Shown here piece by piece: positions 55,800 to 64,000 of a stretch of 64,000 nucleotides of DNA. A model generated the notes under the pieces. It was given only the letters and a program-made list of their open reading frames with translations. It was not told the DNA's origin and made no database searches. A program made the translations under genes and the position numbers. Within the stretch, counting starts at the first letter, position 1, and each line of letters starts with the position of its first letter. The DNA comes from an uncultured Thermoplasmata archaeon (GTDB lineage: Archaea; Thermoplasmatota; Thermoplasmata; JAGHBH01): assembly GCA_964601625.1 (NCBI GenBank), contig CAZROC010000005.1, positions 21,077 to 85,076 of the forward strand. Reading direction: 5' to 3'.

Positions 55800-57389
55800 A
55801 TGCCAAAACTTATAATCCTAGGTCTTGACGGCGCTACATGGGATATATTAATGCCTCTATTAAACGAAGGCAGGCTTAAAAACTTAAAACGTATGGTTGA
55901 AAATGGTAGTTATGGAAATTTAATTTCTACAATCCCCCCAATAACTTCTCCCGCATGGGTATCCATGGCTACTGGGAAAAATCCGGGGCAGCTGGGAGTC
56001 TTTGATCTGTTGTATAGAGAAAACGAAGAAGAATTAACTTTGAAGCCTGTTTATTTCTATATGTTTAAAGGAAGTTTTTATTGGGATTTTTTGTCTAACA
56101 TGGGTTACAGAGTAGGACTCATTTTTTATCCTTTTCTGTACCCTCCATACAGAATCAATGGAATTATGGTTCCGGGATATGGCGCACCGTCTGAAGAAAA
56201 GATGTATCCATCCACCCTTTCGGATGAAATAAAGAAACGATTTGGAGAAATTAAATTTATGAAAGGTAGCCCAGCAGGTCTAAGCGATGAAAAGGCCTTT
56301 AAAGAGATTGTTTCAATAACGAAACAGCATTTTGAGATAGGAAAATACATCATTGAAAATAATGACTTGGATGTAATAACGTTTGTCATTTCTGGTACGG
56401 ATTGGATTCAGCATTTTTTCTGGAAATTTCTTGATCCAACACACGCGCTTTATGATGAAAAAATCGCTACTGTTTATAGAGAAAAAATATTTAAATTTTA
56501 TGAATATATAGATGAACAAATAGGAGATATTATTGGAATGTTTCCAGATAGCAACTTTATTATAGTTTCTGACCATGGTTTTGGTTCCTTAGATCAATAT
56601 TTCAATTTAGTTAAATGGTTGATTGATAATGGTTATATGGTATTTAAAAGAAAAATATCTGGATATTCAAAATTTAAAAATTCTATATTACAGTTCATGA
56701 GTAAGATAAACAGGCGAATTCCAATAGTAAAGATAATTCCCCGTTCTATATCAAAAAAAGCATGGGCAACCCTCAAAATTGATATCTCAGAAGTTCTTGA
56801 TTTAGAAAGGACAAAAGCATTCTGTTTAGGACATCATACGTCTATGGGAAGCATATATGTAAATAAGACGCTTATTTCAAATAAAAAAGATGTTGAAAAA
56901 ATAAAAAACGATATAAAAAACGGTTTAATAGAAACACTAAAACGTTTTGGCGTGGAGAATGTTAAATTTTATTCAAAAGAGGACATCTACCATGGGAAAA
57001 AAGCTCATCTGGCTCCGGATATGTGGTTCTCTGTGAACGATGGAAGATGTGCAATTATGCAACAGAGGATTGATCATCCAGTTCTGTTTGAAAATGTCCC
57101 ACTGGAAAAACGGATAAATGGAAGTCACCGCTTTGAGGGAATTTTTTTAGCATATGGACCTGATCTGGCGGCGAAAGGAAACATGGGAGATCTGTCCATA
57201 TATGATATTGCACCTACTGTTCTATCGTTTTTCGGTATACCCCCCCCATCTGATATGGACGGCAAAGTAATAGAGGAAATATTACCCCGAGGCAGGGTTA
57301 GAAATATAAAAAGTGTTTCAGCGAGAGACCTCGAAAAGATGCGCATAAAAGAAAAACTCCGCCAGATGAAACAGTTAAAGAACGTATAA
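55800..57389 (+). CDS. Alkaline-phosphatase-superfamily protein (type I phosphodiesterase/NPP-like)
   Basis: LGLDGA, STIPPITSPAW..MATGKNPG, DWIQH, VSDHGFG, GSHRFEGIF, DIAPTVL. Confidence 0.88.
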   Translation: MPKLIILGLDGATWDILMPLLNEGRLKNLKRMVENGSYGNLISTIPPITSPAWVSMATGKNPGQLGVFDLLYRENEEELTLKPVYFYMFKGSFYWDFLSNMGYRVGLIFYPFLYPPYRINGIMVPGYGAPSEEKMYPSTLSDEIKKRFGEIKFMKGSPAGLSDEKAFKEIVSITKQHFEIGKYIIENNDLDVITFVISGTDWIQHFFWKFLDPTHALYDEKIATVYREKIFKFYEYIDEQIGDIIGMFPDSNFIIVSDHGFGSLDQYFNLVKWLIDNGYMVFKRKISGYSKFKNSILQFMSKINRRIPIVKIIPRSISKKAWATLKIDISEVLDLERTKAFCLGHHTSMGSIYVNKTLISNKKDVEKIKNDIKNGLIETLKRFGVENVKFYSKEDIYHGKKAHLAPDMWFSVNDGRCAIMQQRIDHPVLFENVPLEKRINGSHRFEGIFLAYGPDLAAKGNMGDLSIYDIAPTVLSFFGIPPPSDMDGKVIEEILPRGRVRNIKSVSARDLEKMRIKEKLRQMKQLKNV

Positions 57390-57393
57390 CTTC

Positions 57394-58122
57394 TCAGTTC
57401 CCCGCCGCCTCCAGTATCACCCTTGCGAAATCTGTTATTTTTGGTGTGCCAAGGTCTGTGAAGTTGGTGCTCCAGAATCCGTAGTCGGAGTGGTCTCCAT
57501 ATGCTCCTACGGGTTTCATTCCGTGGTCGGACAGGACTATTTTTTTGCCCGGTGCTTTTGCTTCCGCTGTTTTCACTATGTCTTCTATGTCCCGGTATAT
57601 CATTTTCATGAGCAGTCTGTTTCCAAAGTTGAGGTGGCCTATCACGTCTGCCACGGAGAAATAGCCGAGGACGAGGTCGTGGTCTTCTCCAAGTGCTTTG
57701 AAAAACTCCTCTTTTATTTTTCTGTGGTGGGCGAAAGAGAGGTCGTTGTACTCTTTTTTTATCTCTTTTTTCTTTTCCTCGTCCTCCGCCGAGAAATAGG
57801 CTTTGAGAAGTTCTCTTTCTCTGCTGTGCTGGTTGAGGTCGTAGTTGTATCCGGGGAGATCTATTATTTTTGGGTTGTCAAAACGGGAAAAAAAGGTTTC
57901 TTCCAGGGGAATGCGGGTGTTCCACATCTCTCTGTCTCCTTTTGCGAGTATCTCTGCCTCTTTGTTCTGCCCGGTCATGAATGAGCTCCACAGCACCATC
58001 GTCCTTGGCTGGGAGAACTCTGTTATGTCTGTTTTTCCGTAAAACTTCTGTTTGATTCCTCTGAGGTTAAATTCCTCCACCAGGCTGTACTCCAGCGCGT
58101 CAACGGCTATTATGGTTATCAT
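57394..58122 (-). CDS. Short alkaline-phosphatase-superfamily protein
   Basis: IAVDALE, PRTMVLWSSFMTG, DVIGH, LSDHGM, GDHS. Confidence 0.8.
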   Translation of the reverse strand: MITIIAVDALEYSLVEEFNLRGIKQKFYGKTDITEFSQPRTMVLWSSFMTGQNKEAEILAKGDREMWNTRIPLEETFFSRFDNPKIIDLPGYNYDLNQHSRERELLKAYFSAEDEEKKKEIKKEYNDLSFAHHRKIKEEFFKALGEDHDLVLGYFSVADVIGHLNFGNRLLMKMIYRDIEDIVKTAEAKAPGKKIVLSDHGMKPVGAYGDHSDYGFWSTNFTDLGTPKITDFARVILEAAGN

Positions 58123-58160
58123 CTTTTCTTCCTCCCTGTGTCTGGCGTCTCTATTTTGGC

Positions 58161-59447
58161 CTATCCGAGGTGGGTTATTATTCCTCCGCCGGATATGTCG
58201 TATCCTTTTTCTATTACGAAGCGCCCTAGTTCGGGTGTGCGGTTGAAGTCGTCAACCACGACCTCTTTTGTGAAAGAGAGCACGACCTCTCCTACTTCCC
58301 TGTTCTGAAGCGCCTCGGCGTTTTCTTCCAGGGTCTCCAGCGTGGAGGAGTCTATCCGGCGTGTGATTTCCTCAACTATGCATGGCACTTCCTGGGTGGC
58401 AACTTTGAAGGTCACCGTTTCTCCCTTTTTGAGGGGCTCTTTGCTCATCCAGAACAGGTTCCCACGTATCTTTTTGGTCACGGAGGGCTGTTTTTCCTCT
58501 TCACACAAAACGTCGCCTCTGTCTATGAATATCTTATCCGTGACTGTTATTCCCGTGCTTTTTCCCGCCTCCGCTTTTTCAACGTTTTTTTTCATGAACT
58601 CCTCTATCGTGGCAATGGTGGTTTTCTCTCCAGATGGAAGCACCAGCACTCTGTCTCCCACGTGTATTGTGCCCGCTTCCACTCGTCCCACGATTATGCG
58701 CTTGTTGTCGATGTTGTAAACGTCCTGAACGGAGAACCGGAGCGGGTTTTTCTCCCTGTTTTCCATTTTTTTGAATGTGTCCAGTGCCTCCAGTATCGTC
58801 GGCCCATCATACCATGGCATTCTGTCGGATTTTTTTGCCACGTTGTCTCCCTCTTTGGCGGAGATTGGGATTATGTAAGACGGCTCTATGTCTATCTTTG
58901 CCAGGAACTCTTTTATGTCCTTGCTGACATTCTCAAAAACATCCCTGGCGTAACCGACCAGGTCCATTTTGTTTATGGCCACTATCACCTGTTTGAGCGC
59001 CAGCATTCCGAGGATGTACGCATGGCGGCGCGTCTGCTCCTGCACCCCCTCCTGTGCGTCCACAATAAGGATCGCCGCCTCCGCCTGAGACGCCCCCGTT
59101 ATCATGTTCTTTGTGAACTCTCTGTGCCCGGGCGCGTCAATAATGACATAGTTTCTTTTTTCTGTTTTGAAAAATGTCTGGGCGGTGTCTATGGTTATGC
59201 CCTGGCTACGCTCTTCTTCCAGGTGGTCCATGACATAGGCAAATTCCAGGTCTTTGCCCAATGCCTCGCAAATCTTTTTCACCTCTTCTATTTTCTCTCT
59301 GGGAAGGCTGTCTGTGTCAAAAAACAAGCGCCCTATCAGGGTAGATTTTCCGTGGTCAACATGTCCGACTATGACCAGTTTCAGATCCTCCTTCTCCTCA
59401 ACTGTTTTTTTATCCACATCACTCATGCGGCTCGCCTCCATGGTCAT
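58161..59447 (-). CDS. cysN: Sulfate adenylyltransferase subunit 1 (GTPase), no APS-kinase fusion
   Basis: [40 protein letters not shown]; adjacent to cysD. Confidence 0.85.
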   Translation of the reverse strand: MTMEASRMSDVDKKTVEEKEDLKLVIVGHVDHGKSTLIGRLFFDTDSLPREKIEEVKKICEALGKDLEFAYVMDHLEEERSQGITIDTAQTFFKTEKRNYVIIDAPGHREFTKNMITGASQAEAAILIVDAQEGVQEQTRRHAYILGMLALKQVIVAINKMDLVGYARDVFENVSKDIKEFLAKIDIEPSYIIPISAKEGDNVAKKSDRMPWYDGPTILEALDTFKKMENREKNPLRFSVQDVYNIDNKRIIVGRVEAGTIHVGDRVLVLPSGEKTTIATIEEFMKKNVEKAEAGKSTGITVTDKIFIDRGDVLCEEEKQPSVTKKIRGNLFWMSKEPLKKGETVTFKVATQEVPCIVEEITRRIDSSTLETLEENAEALQNREVGEVVLSFTKEVVVDDFNRTPELGRFVIEKGYDISGGGIITHLG

Positions 59448-59527
59448 AAATCACCTGTCCACGTAAATGTACATATCACACATATCACTTACTTCAGTCA
59501 CTTCAGTCGCTTCCTTCAAAGAGCACC

Positions 59528-60328
59528 TTACATGTATCCAAGCGCTCTCAGTTTTTGCATCATATACGCCCGCTCTTTGTCCTGTGCTCTCCCCGCTCTC
59601 TCGGCTGTTGTGGTGGTCTTCAACTCTTCTATTATCTTGTCTATAGTGTCTGCGTCCGATGGCACAGGGCTGCAGCACGGTTCGCATCCTATGCTCCGGT
59701 ATCTCTTCCCGTTTTTGGCAAAGTAGAGTTCCACGACTGGTATCCCCTCACGTTTTATGTAGTTCCATATGTCAAGCTCTGTCCAGTGGAGGAGCGGGTG
59801 TACCCTTATGTGCTGTTCTCCCTCCTGTTTTGTTTTGTACTGGTCCCAGAGCTCGGGCGGCTGGTCTTTGTAGTTCCACTGGAACGCCTGGTCTCTCGGA
59901 GAAAAGTATCTCTCTTTTGCTCGTATGCCATGCTCATCCCTGCGTATTCCCAGGAGGAGGGCTTTGAACCCGTATTTTTTAATAGTCATCTTCAGAGCCT
60001 CCGTTTTGAGAGCCGTACAGCAGGCTAGTTTTCCCTTATCCGGCCCCATACCAGCCGCTATGGCCTCTTCGTTTCGCCCCACGATGAGATTGAGGTTCCA
60101 CTCTTTCGCCCATTTGTCCCTGAATTCGTATATCTCTTTGAATTTATAGGACGTGTCTATGTGGACGACGGGAAAAGGAACTTTTCCGTAGAAGGCTTTC
60201 CTTATAAGCCAGACGAGTGTGGTTGAGTCCTTCCCTATACTCCAGAGGGCGGCTATGTCTTTGAACTGCCTGTACGCCTCTCTTATAATGTATATGCTCC
60301 TGCTTTCCAGCTCGTCAAGGTGGTCCAA
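59528..60328 (-). CDS. cysD: Sulfate adenylyltransferase subunit 2
   Basis: LESRSIYIIREA, WSIGKDS, RRDEH..RAKER, RVHPL, YRSIGC. Confidence 0.92.
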   Translation of the reverse strand: MDHLDELESRSIYIIREAYRQFKDIAALWSIGKDSTTLVWLIRKAFYGKVPFPVVHIDTSYKFKEIYEFRDKWAKEWNLNLIVGRNEEAIAAGMGPDKGKLACCTALKTEALKMTIKKYGFKALLLGIRRDEHGIRAKERYFSPRDQAFQWNYKDQPPELWDQYKTKQEGEQHIRVHPLLHWTELDIWNYIKREGIPVVELYFAKNGKRYRSIGCEPCCSPVPSDADTIDKIIEELKTTTTAERAGRAQDKERAYMMQKLRALGYM

Positions 60329-60356
60329 TTATCTCACCTCTCTTTTCTCACGTTTT

Positions 60357-60584
60357 TCAATCGAGGTATCCCAGGCTTCTCAGCCTCTCCTTTATCTTTT
60401 TTTCGTCTTCTTCAGACAGTTCAGGTTCTTCCTCGCCAGCGTCTTCCACAACTTCGTTCAAAACAAAGAGCACGTATTCTTCCACGCTGCCAAACCCGAC
60501 GTCTTCAACTCTTTTTTTGAGCTTGTTGTAGAGGTCCATTGGTATTTCCAGCTGATATGTGTCCTCCTTTTTTTCATCCACCAT
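60357..60584 (-). CDS. Small CopG/ribbon-helix-helix-like protein with RLRSLGY tail
   Basis: IPMDLYNKLKKRV..GFGSVEEYVLFVL; tail LSEEDEKKIKERLRSLGYLD. Confidence 0.72.
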   Translation of the reverse strand: MVDEKKEDTYQLEIPMDLYNKLKKRVEDVGFGSVEEYVLFVLNEVVEDAGEEEPELSEEDEKKIKERLRSLGYLD

Positions 60585-60767
60585 GTTTTCACCACCCGGA
60601 TTTCTGTCAAATCCACATCACGTTAGAGTCATGTTGGCGATACACGGTTAGACCCATCTCCTATTTAATGTTAACCACTAAAGCCGAATGAAAACACAGA
60701 GAGGCGAGCGATGATGGTGGGAAAAAACTATTAAAGAAAAACGGTTTTAGTGTGCCGACTACCGGGT

Positions 60768-60894
60768 GGGCCCGTGGCTTAGCCTGGTGGCCCAGAGGAA
60801 GCTGTGTTTCCTCTTTGCCTCGGCTATCGCCCGGCCCAGAGGAAGCTGTGTTTCCTCTTTGCCTCGGCTATCGCCTCGGAGCGCCTGCCTATCC
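60768..60894 (+). pseudogene. tRNA 5'-half copy interrupted in the D-loop by a tandem repeat
   Basis: GGGCCCGTGGCTTAGCCTGGT [88 bp] CGGAGCGCCTGCCT versus the intact tRNA GGGCCCGTAGCTTAGCCTGGTTGGAGCGCCCGGCT. Confidence 0.65.
60789..60876 (+). repeat. 44-bp tandem repeat x2 with internal hairpins
   Basis: GGCCCAGAGGAAGCTGTGTTTCCTCTTTGCCTCGGCTATCGCC(C/T) twice. Confidence 0.93.
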
Positions 60895-60902
60895 CACGAA
60901 AA

Positions 60903-60980
60903 GGGCCCGTAGCTTAGCCTGGTTGGAGCGCCCGGCTGATAACCGGGAGGTCCGGAGTTCAAATCTCCGCGGGCCCACCA
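60903..60980 (+). tRNA. tRNA-Ile(GAT)
   Basis: GGGCCCG acceptor stem; CCCGG-CT-GAT-AA-CCGGG; GTTCAAATC; encoded CCA. Confidence 0.96.
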
Positions 60981-61043
60981 CCCTGGTTAACATCTGGATG
61001 GTTGTGTGGCGCTTTCGTAGAAACATGGACAGGACGGCTTACC

Positions 61044-61844
61044 ATGAACGTATTACTCGTGGGCTGTGGCGTCATCGGAAATTTGATCGCGGAGGCTAGC
61101 GAGTCCATTGAGAAGATAGAGACCGTTTTTTTGTTTGACATTGACAGGGAGAGGGTCCGGTCGCTCGCTGGAAGGTATGAGAAGGCGGTGGCCGTTGACA
61201 CTCTGGACGAGGTGTTTTTTCACGTTGACTTTGTGGTTGAAGCAGCATCCCAGCAGGCCGCCAGGGAACTCGCCATGAAAAGTGTTGACCTGGGACTGCC
61301 CGTTCTTGTCATGAGCGTGGGGGCTCTGGTTGATGACGACTTCCGTGAGACGCTGGTTGAGAAGGGGCGCGTTACGGGGGGAAAAGTTTTGATTCCATCG
61401 GGGGCGATAGCGGGACTTGACGGTATACTGGCCGCCCGAGAGGCGGGCCTGGAATCTGTGCGTCTTACCAGCCGGAAACCCGTGTCAACGATGGCCAGGA
61501 CCAGGTACGTCCAGGAGAATGGGATACGTCTGGCGGAGGACAGGGAGACGGTTGTTTTCAGGGGGAGCGCCCGGGAGGCAGTCCGGCTTTTCCCGAGAAG
61601 CATCAATGTTGCGGCGGCGGTCAGTCTGGCCGGCATCGGGTTTGACAATACCGAGGTTGTTTTCATCGCGGACCCACGGCTGAGGGAGAACGTTCACAGA
61701 ATTGATGTCGTCGGCAAGGCAGGAGAAATCCACATAGAGTGCAGGAATGTGCCGTCGCCGGACAACCCGCGGACCAGTTATCTCGCCGCTCTCTCTGGTG
61801 TGGCGGCTATGAAGCGCCTTGGCTCTGTTTTTGAGTTTGTATAG
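61044..61844 (+). CDS. nadX: L-aspartate dehydrogenase
   Basis: GCGVIG, VVEAAS, MSVGAL, PSGAIAGLD, FP..INVAA, NPRTSYLAA. Confidence 0.92.
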   Translation: MNVLLVGCGVIGNLIAEASESIEKIETVFLFDIDRERVRSLAGRYEKAVAVDTLDEVFFHVDFVVEAASQQAARELAMKSVDLGLPVLVMSVGALVDDDFRETLVEKGRVTGGKVLIPSGAIAGLDGILAAREAGLESVRLTSRKPVSTMARTRYVQENGIRLAEDRETVVFRGSAREAVRLFPRSINVAAAVSLAGIGFDNTEVVFIADPRLRENVHRIDVVGKAGEIHIECRNVPSPDNPRTSYLAALSGVAAMKRLGSVFEFV

Positions 61845-61863
61845 ACCTCTAGGATAGAATTAG

Positions 61864-62511
61864 TTACCGTCCCCTTTCTTCTCCCCATATGATTTTGTGT
61901 AGCTGTGGGAGCACCCGGACGCCGCCCAGACGGTCTTCCACGGCCTTTTCCGCGAGCCATCTGAGGTCAACGCCGCCTACGGGCGTGAATATTACTGGGC
62001 ACGGGGGCGGGTGTTCGTCCAGGACGTTTATTGCGTACTCATAGTCCTCTTCGTCCGCTATAATGAACTTCACCTGGTCTTTTGGGCCCAGGTCTTCTAT
62101 GTACTCTGGATGGCTCATGTGTGCCATTCCAGAGGAAGGGGTTTTTATGTCCATGCTGGTCGTGAGTAGCTCTTCGCATGGGAGTTCTCGTACCGGGATG
62201 CTGCCGTTGGTTTCCAGTACGACGTGCATGTTCCTGTCCAGGAGGGCGTAGAGGAGTTTGTATATGTCTTTCTGGATGAGAGGCTCTCCGCCGGTCACGC
62301 ATACGTGTCCCAGCACTGCCCCATCAAGCGCCCATATCCTCTCCAGCACCTCCTCAACGCTCATCTCTTCACCGCTTTCGGGATCAAGGGCGTATGGCGT
62401 GTCACACCATTTACATCGGAGATTGCACCCTGCTGTGCGGACAAAGACCATGGGCTGTCCCATCCAGACCCCTTCTCCCTGGATTGAGACGAATATCTCG
62501 CTTATTCTCAT
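61864..62511 (-). CDS. queE: 7-carboxy-7-deazaguanine synthase
   Basis: EIFVSIQGEG, GCNLRCKWCDT, TGGEP, ETNG, QLHKIIW. Confidence 0.93.
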   Translation of the reverse strand: MRISEIFVSIQGEGVWMGQPMVFVRTAGCNLRCKWCDTPYALDPESGEEMSVEEVLERIWALDGAVLGHVCVTGGEPLIQKDIYKLLYALLDRNMHVVLETNGSIPVRELPCEELLTTSMDIKTPSSGMAHMSHPEYIEDLGPKDQVKFIIADEEDYEYAINVLDEHPPPCPVIFTPVGGVDLRWLAEKAVEDRLGGVRVLPQLHKIIWGEERGR

Positions 62512-62577
62512 ATATTCAACTCTCCTATGATTCTATAGCCACCTCTGATGCCACATTTGATGCCGTCCATCTGCTTT

Positions 62578-63267
62578 TTATCCCCATCCTTTTACTAACA
62601 GCGGGTCAGGTATCCCCGCTTCTCTGAACCCTTTTGCTCTTAGAAGACAGGAATCGCATTTCCCACAGGGTTTCTCTCCTCCGAGGTAACATGACCATGT
62701 TTTTTCGTATGGCACCCCGATCTCTGTGCCGAGCTTTATTATCTCCGCCTTGGTCAGGTTTATCAGGGGGGCCACTATTTTTATCGGCCTGCCTTCTACG
62801 CCCCGCTTTGTTCCCAGATCCGCCACCCTCTGGAACGCTTCTATGTACTCAGGCCTGCAGTCCGGATATCCACTGTAGTCCACAGCGTTTGCGCCGATGT
62901 AGATGTAATCCGCCCCCCTCGCTTCTGCCAGCGCCAGTGCATAGGAGAGGAATATGGTGTTCCTGCCCGGAACATACGTGACCGGTATCTCACCCTGGCC
63001 GATTTCTTTCTCGCTGTGAGATGGGACGTCTATGCTTTTGTCGGTCAGTGCTGACCCGCCTATCACCGACAGGTCTATCTCGACTATCAGATGCTCTACT
63101 GCGCCGTAGTGTTCAGATATCTTTTTTGCGCTCTCTATCTCTTTTTCATGTCTCTGTCCATAGCGAAATGTGAGGGCGATTATTTCGTGGCCATTTTTTT
63201 TCGCTATTCCGCACGCCGTTGAAGAATCAAGCCCTCCAGAGAGCAGCACAACAGCTTTCTGGGCCAA
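62578..63267 (-). CDS. queC: 7-cyano-7-deazaguanine synthase
   Basis: LSGGLDS, YGQRH, TYVPGRN, YPDCR, SCY...CGKCDSC. Confidence 0.95.
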   Translation of the reverse strand: MAQKAVVLLSGGLDSSTACGIAKKNGHEIIALTFRYGQRHEKEIESAKKISEHYGAVEHLIVEIDLSVIGGSALTDKSIDVPSHSEKEIGQGEIPVTYVPGRNTIFLSYALALAEARGADYIYIGANAVDYSGYPDCRPEYIEAFQRVADLGTKRGVEGRPIKIVAPLINLTKAEIIKLGTEIGVPYEKTWSCYLGGEKPCGKCDSCLLRAKGFREAGIPDPLLVKGWG

Positions 63268-63271
63268 CCGT

Positions 63272-63805
63272 TCATCCTCCCCTTACTGTCTTAATCTCCA
63301 TTGAGACCCATCCCCCCTGGCCCCGTCCCTCGTCAACGCCAACCTCTATCTTTTTCACCCCCGGCGGAAAGGAAGTTTCCGCTGTTATTCGTCGGAGGAG
63401 ATACTCTGCCAGCTTCTCGGCGGACACCTGGGGTATCTCAACGAAGCAGACGTCTTCCAGGGGAAAAACATACCTCTTTGGCTCCGGCGTTTTTACAAGC
63501 ACCTCAACACACCCTTCTTTTTCTTTTTTTGTGATTTCCATCTCGCTTGACAGGGTGGGAATCAATACGTGGTGGTCCATCTCCTCGGCTATCCTTTTGA
63601 GGAATTTTTTGAGTTCTATGAAATCCATGACCATGTGGTTCTCGCCCAGGTCGCCGTATATCCTGACCCGTACCCCGTACACGTGTCCGTGTAACCTACC
63701 GCACTTGGTGTGCCCGGGTATGAAATGGCTGGCGGCGAATTTTATGCCCGTATCCCAGCCATTTAGTTCTATCCAGGCGACCACCACATCCACCTCTTTT
63801 GCCAT
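63272..63805 (-). CDS. queD: 6-carboxy-5,6,7,8-tetrahydropterin synthase
   Basis: FAASH, CGRLHGH, MVMDF, SAEKLA. Confidence 0.9.
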   Translation of the reverse strand: MAKEVDVVVAWIELNGWDTGIKFAASHFIPGHTKCGRLHGHVYGVRVRIYGDLGENHMVMDFIELKKFLKRIAEEMDHHVLIPTLSSEMEITKKEKEGCVEVLVKTPEPKRYVFPLEDVCFVEIPQVSAEKLAEYLLRRITAETSFPPGVKKIEVGVDEGRGQGGWVSMEIKTVRGG

Positions 63806-63827
63806 TGTTCATGCCACATGTGCCCGG

Positions 63828-64000
63828 TCACCTTGTGGACAGGGCGTTTATTATCCTCTCAAACACCTCTTCTATTGTTCCGTCTCCATCAACGTTTATG
63901 AGTATCCCTTTTTCTTTGTAGTGTCCTATGAGAGGGGCGGTCTGTTTGAGATATGTCTCCAGTCGGTTTTTCACGGTCTCTTCCCTGTCATCGTCTCTCT
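63828..64000 (-). CDS. adk: Adenylate kinase (bacterial-type), C-terminal part only
   Basis: Hand translation RDDDREETVKNRLETYLKQTAPLIGHY...VDG...EEVFERI; not in the ORF track. Confidence 0.85.
   Translation of the reverse strand, partial: RDDDREETVKNRLETYLKQTAPLIGHYKEKGILINVDGDGTIEEVFERIINALSTR

Noticed and set aside
58161..59447. Elongation factor 1-alpha
   Set aside because: Adjacent to cysD and has CysN-type QGITID/FFKT/ELGRF features
60789..60876. CRISPR array
   Set aside because: Two adjacent 44-bp units with no spacer, and no cas genes in the window

Overview
This 64 kb window is archaeal chromosome. Evidence: GatE, RpoD, NAC, EF-1beta, Lhr, archaeosortase, DUF835, TATA/BRE promoters and archaeal-type tRNAs. 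The gene mix looks most like a moderately GC-rich Thermoplasmata-type organism (inference). Housekeeping blocks are nrdR-nrdD-nrdG, gatE-folD, MPE-lhr, ribose-1,5-bisphosphate isomerase plus AMP phosphorylase, rps13-rps4-rps11-rpoD-tRNA-Leu, pyrE plus a DHS-like gene, tRNA-Ile-nadX and adk-queD-queC-queE. Accessory parts are an AT-rich MjaI-family restriction-modification island, a type IV pilus-like system (pilins near 9-10.6 kb; ATPase, platform and HerA-like genes at 45-51 kb), an intact IS481 with a 15-bp target duplication, a dead IS6, a frameshifted PaaK-like/GATase-like pair, and a glycosyltransferase/sulfatase-like/CysDN locus. Most promising leads: (1) an 18-NHL-repeat surface protein with an internal PIP-TM-basic sorting-like signal and a cytoplasmic DUF835 domain, next to an archaeosortase; (2) two unannotated structured ncRNA candidates with their own promoters, one carrying repeated anti-Shine-Dalgarno-like motifs; (3) tiny double-hairpin insertions sitting in loops of existing stem-loops (inside IS6 and in the D-loop of a tRNA 5'-half copy); (4) a sulfate-activation locus with three alkaline-phosphatase-superfamily proteins but no APS kinase or sulfotransferase in view. 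All calls come from motif reading by eye; no searches were run.
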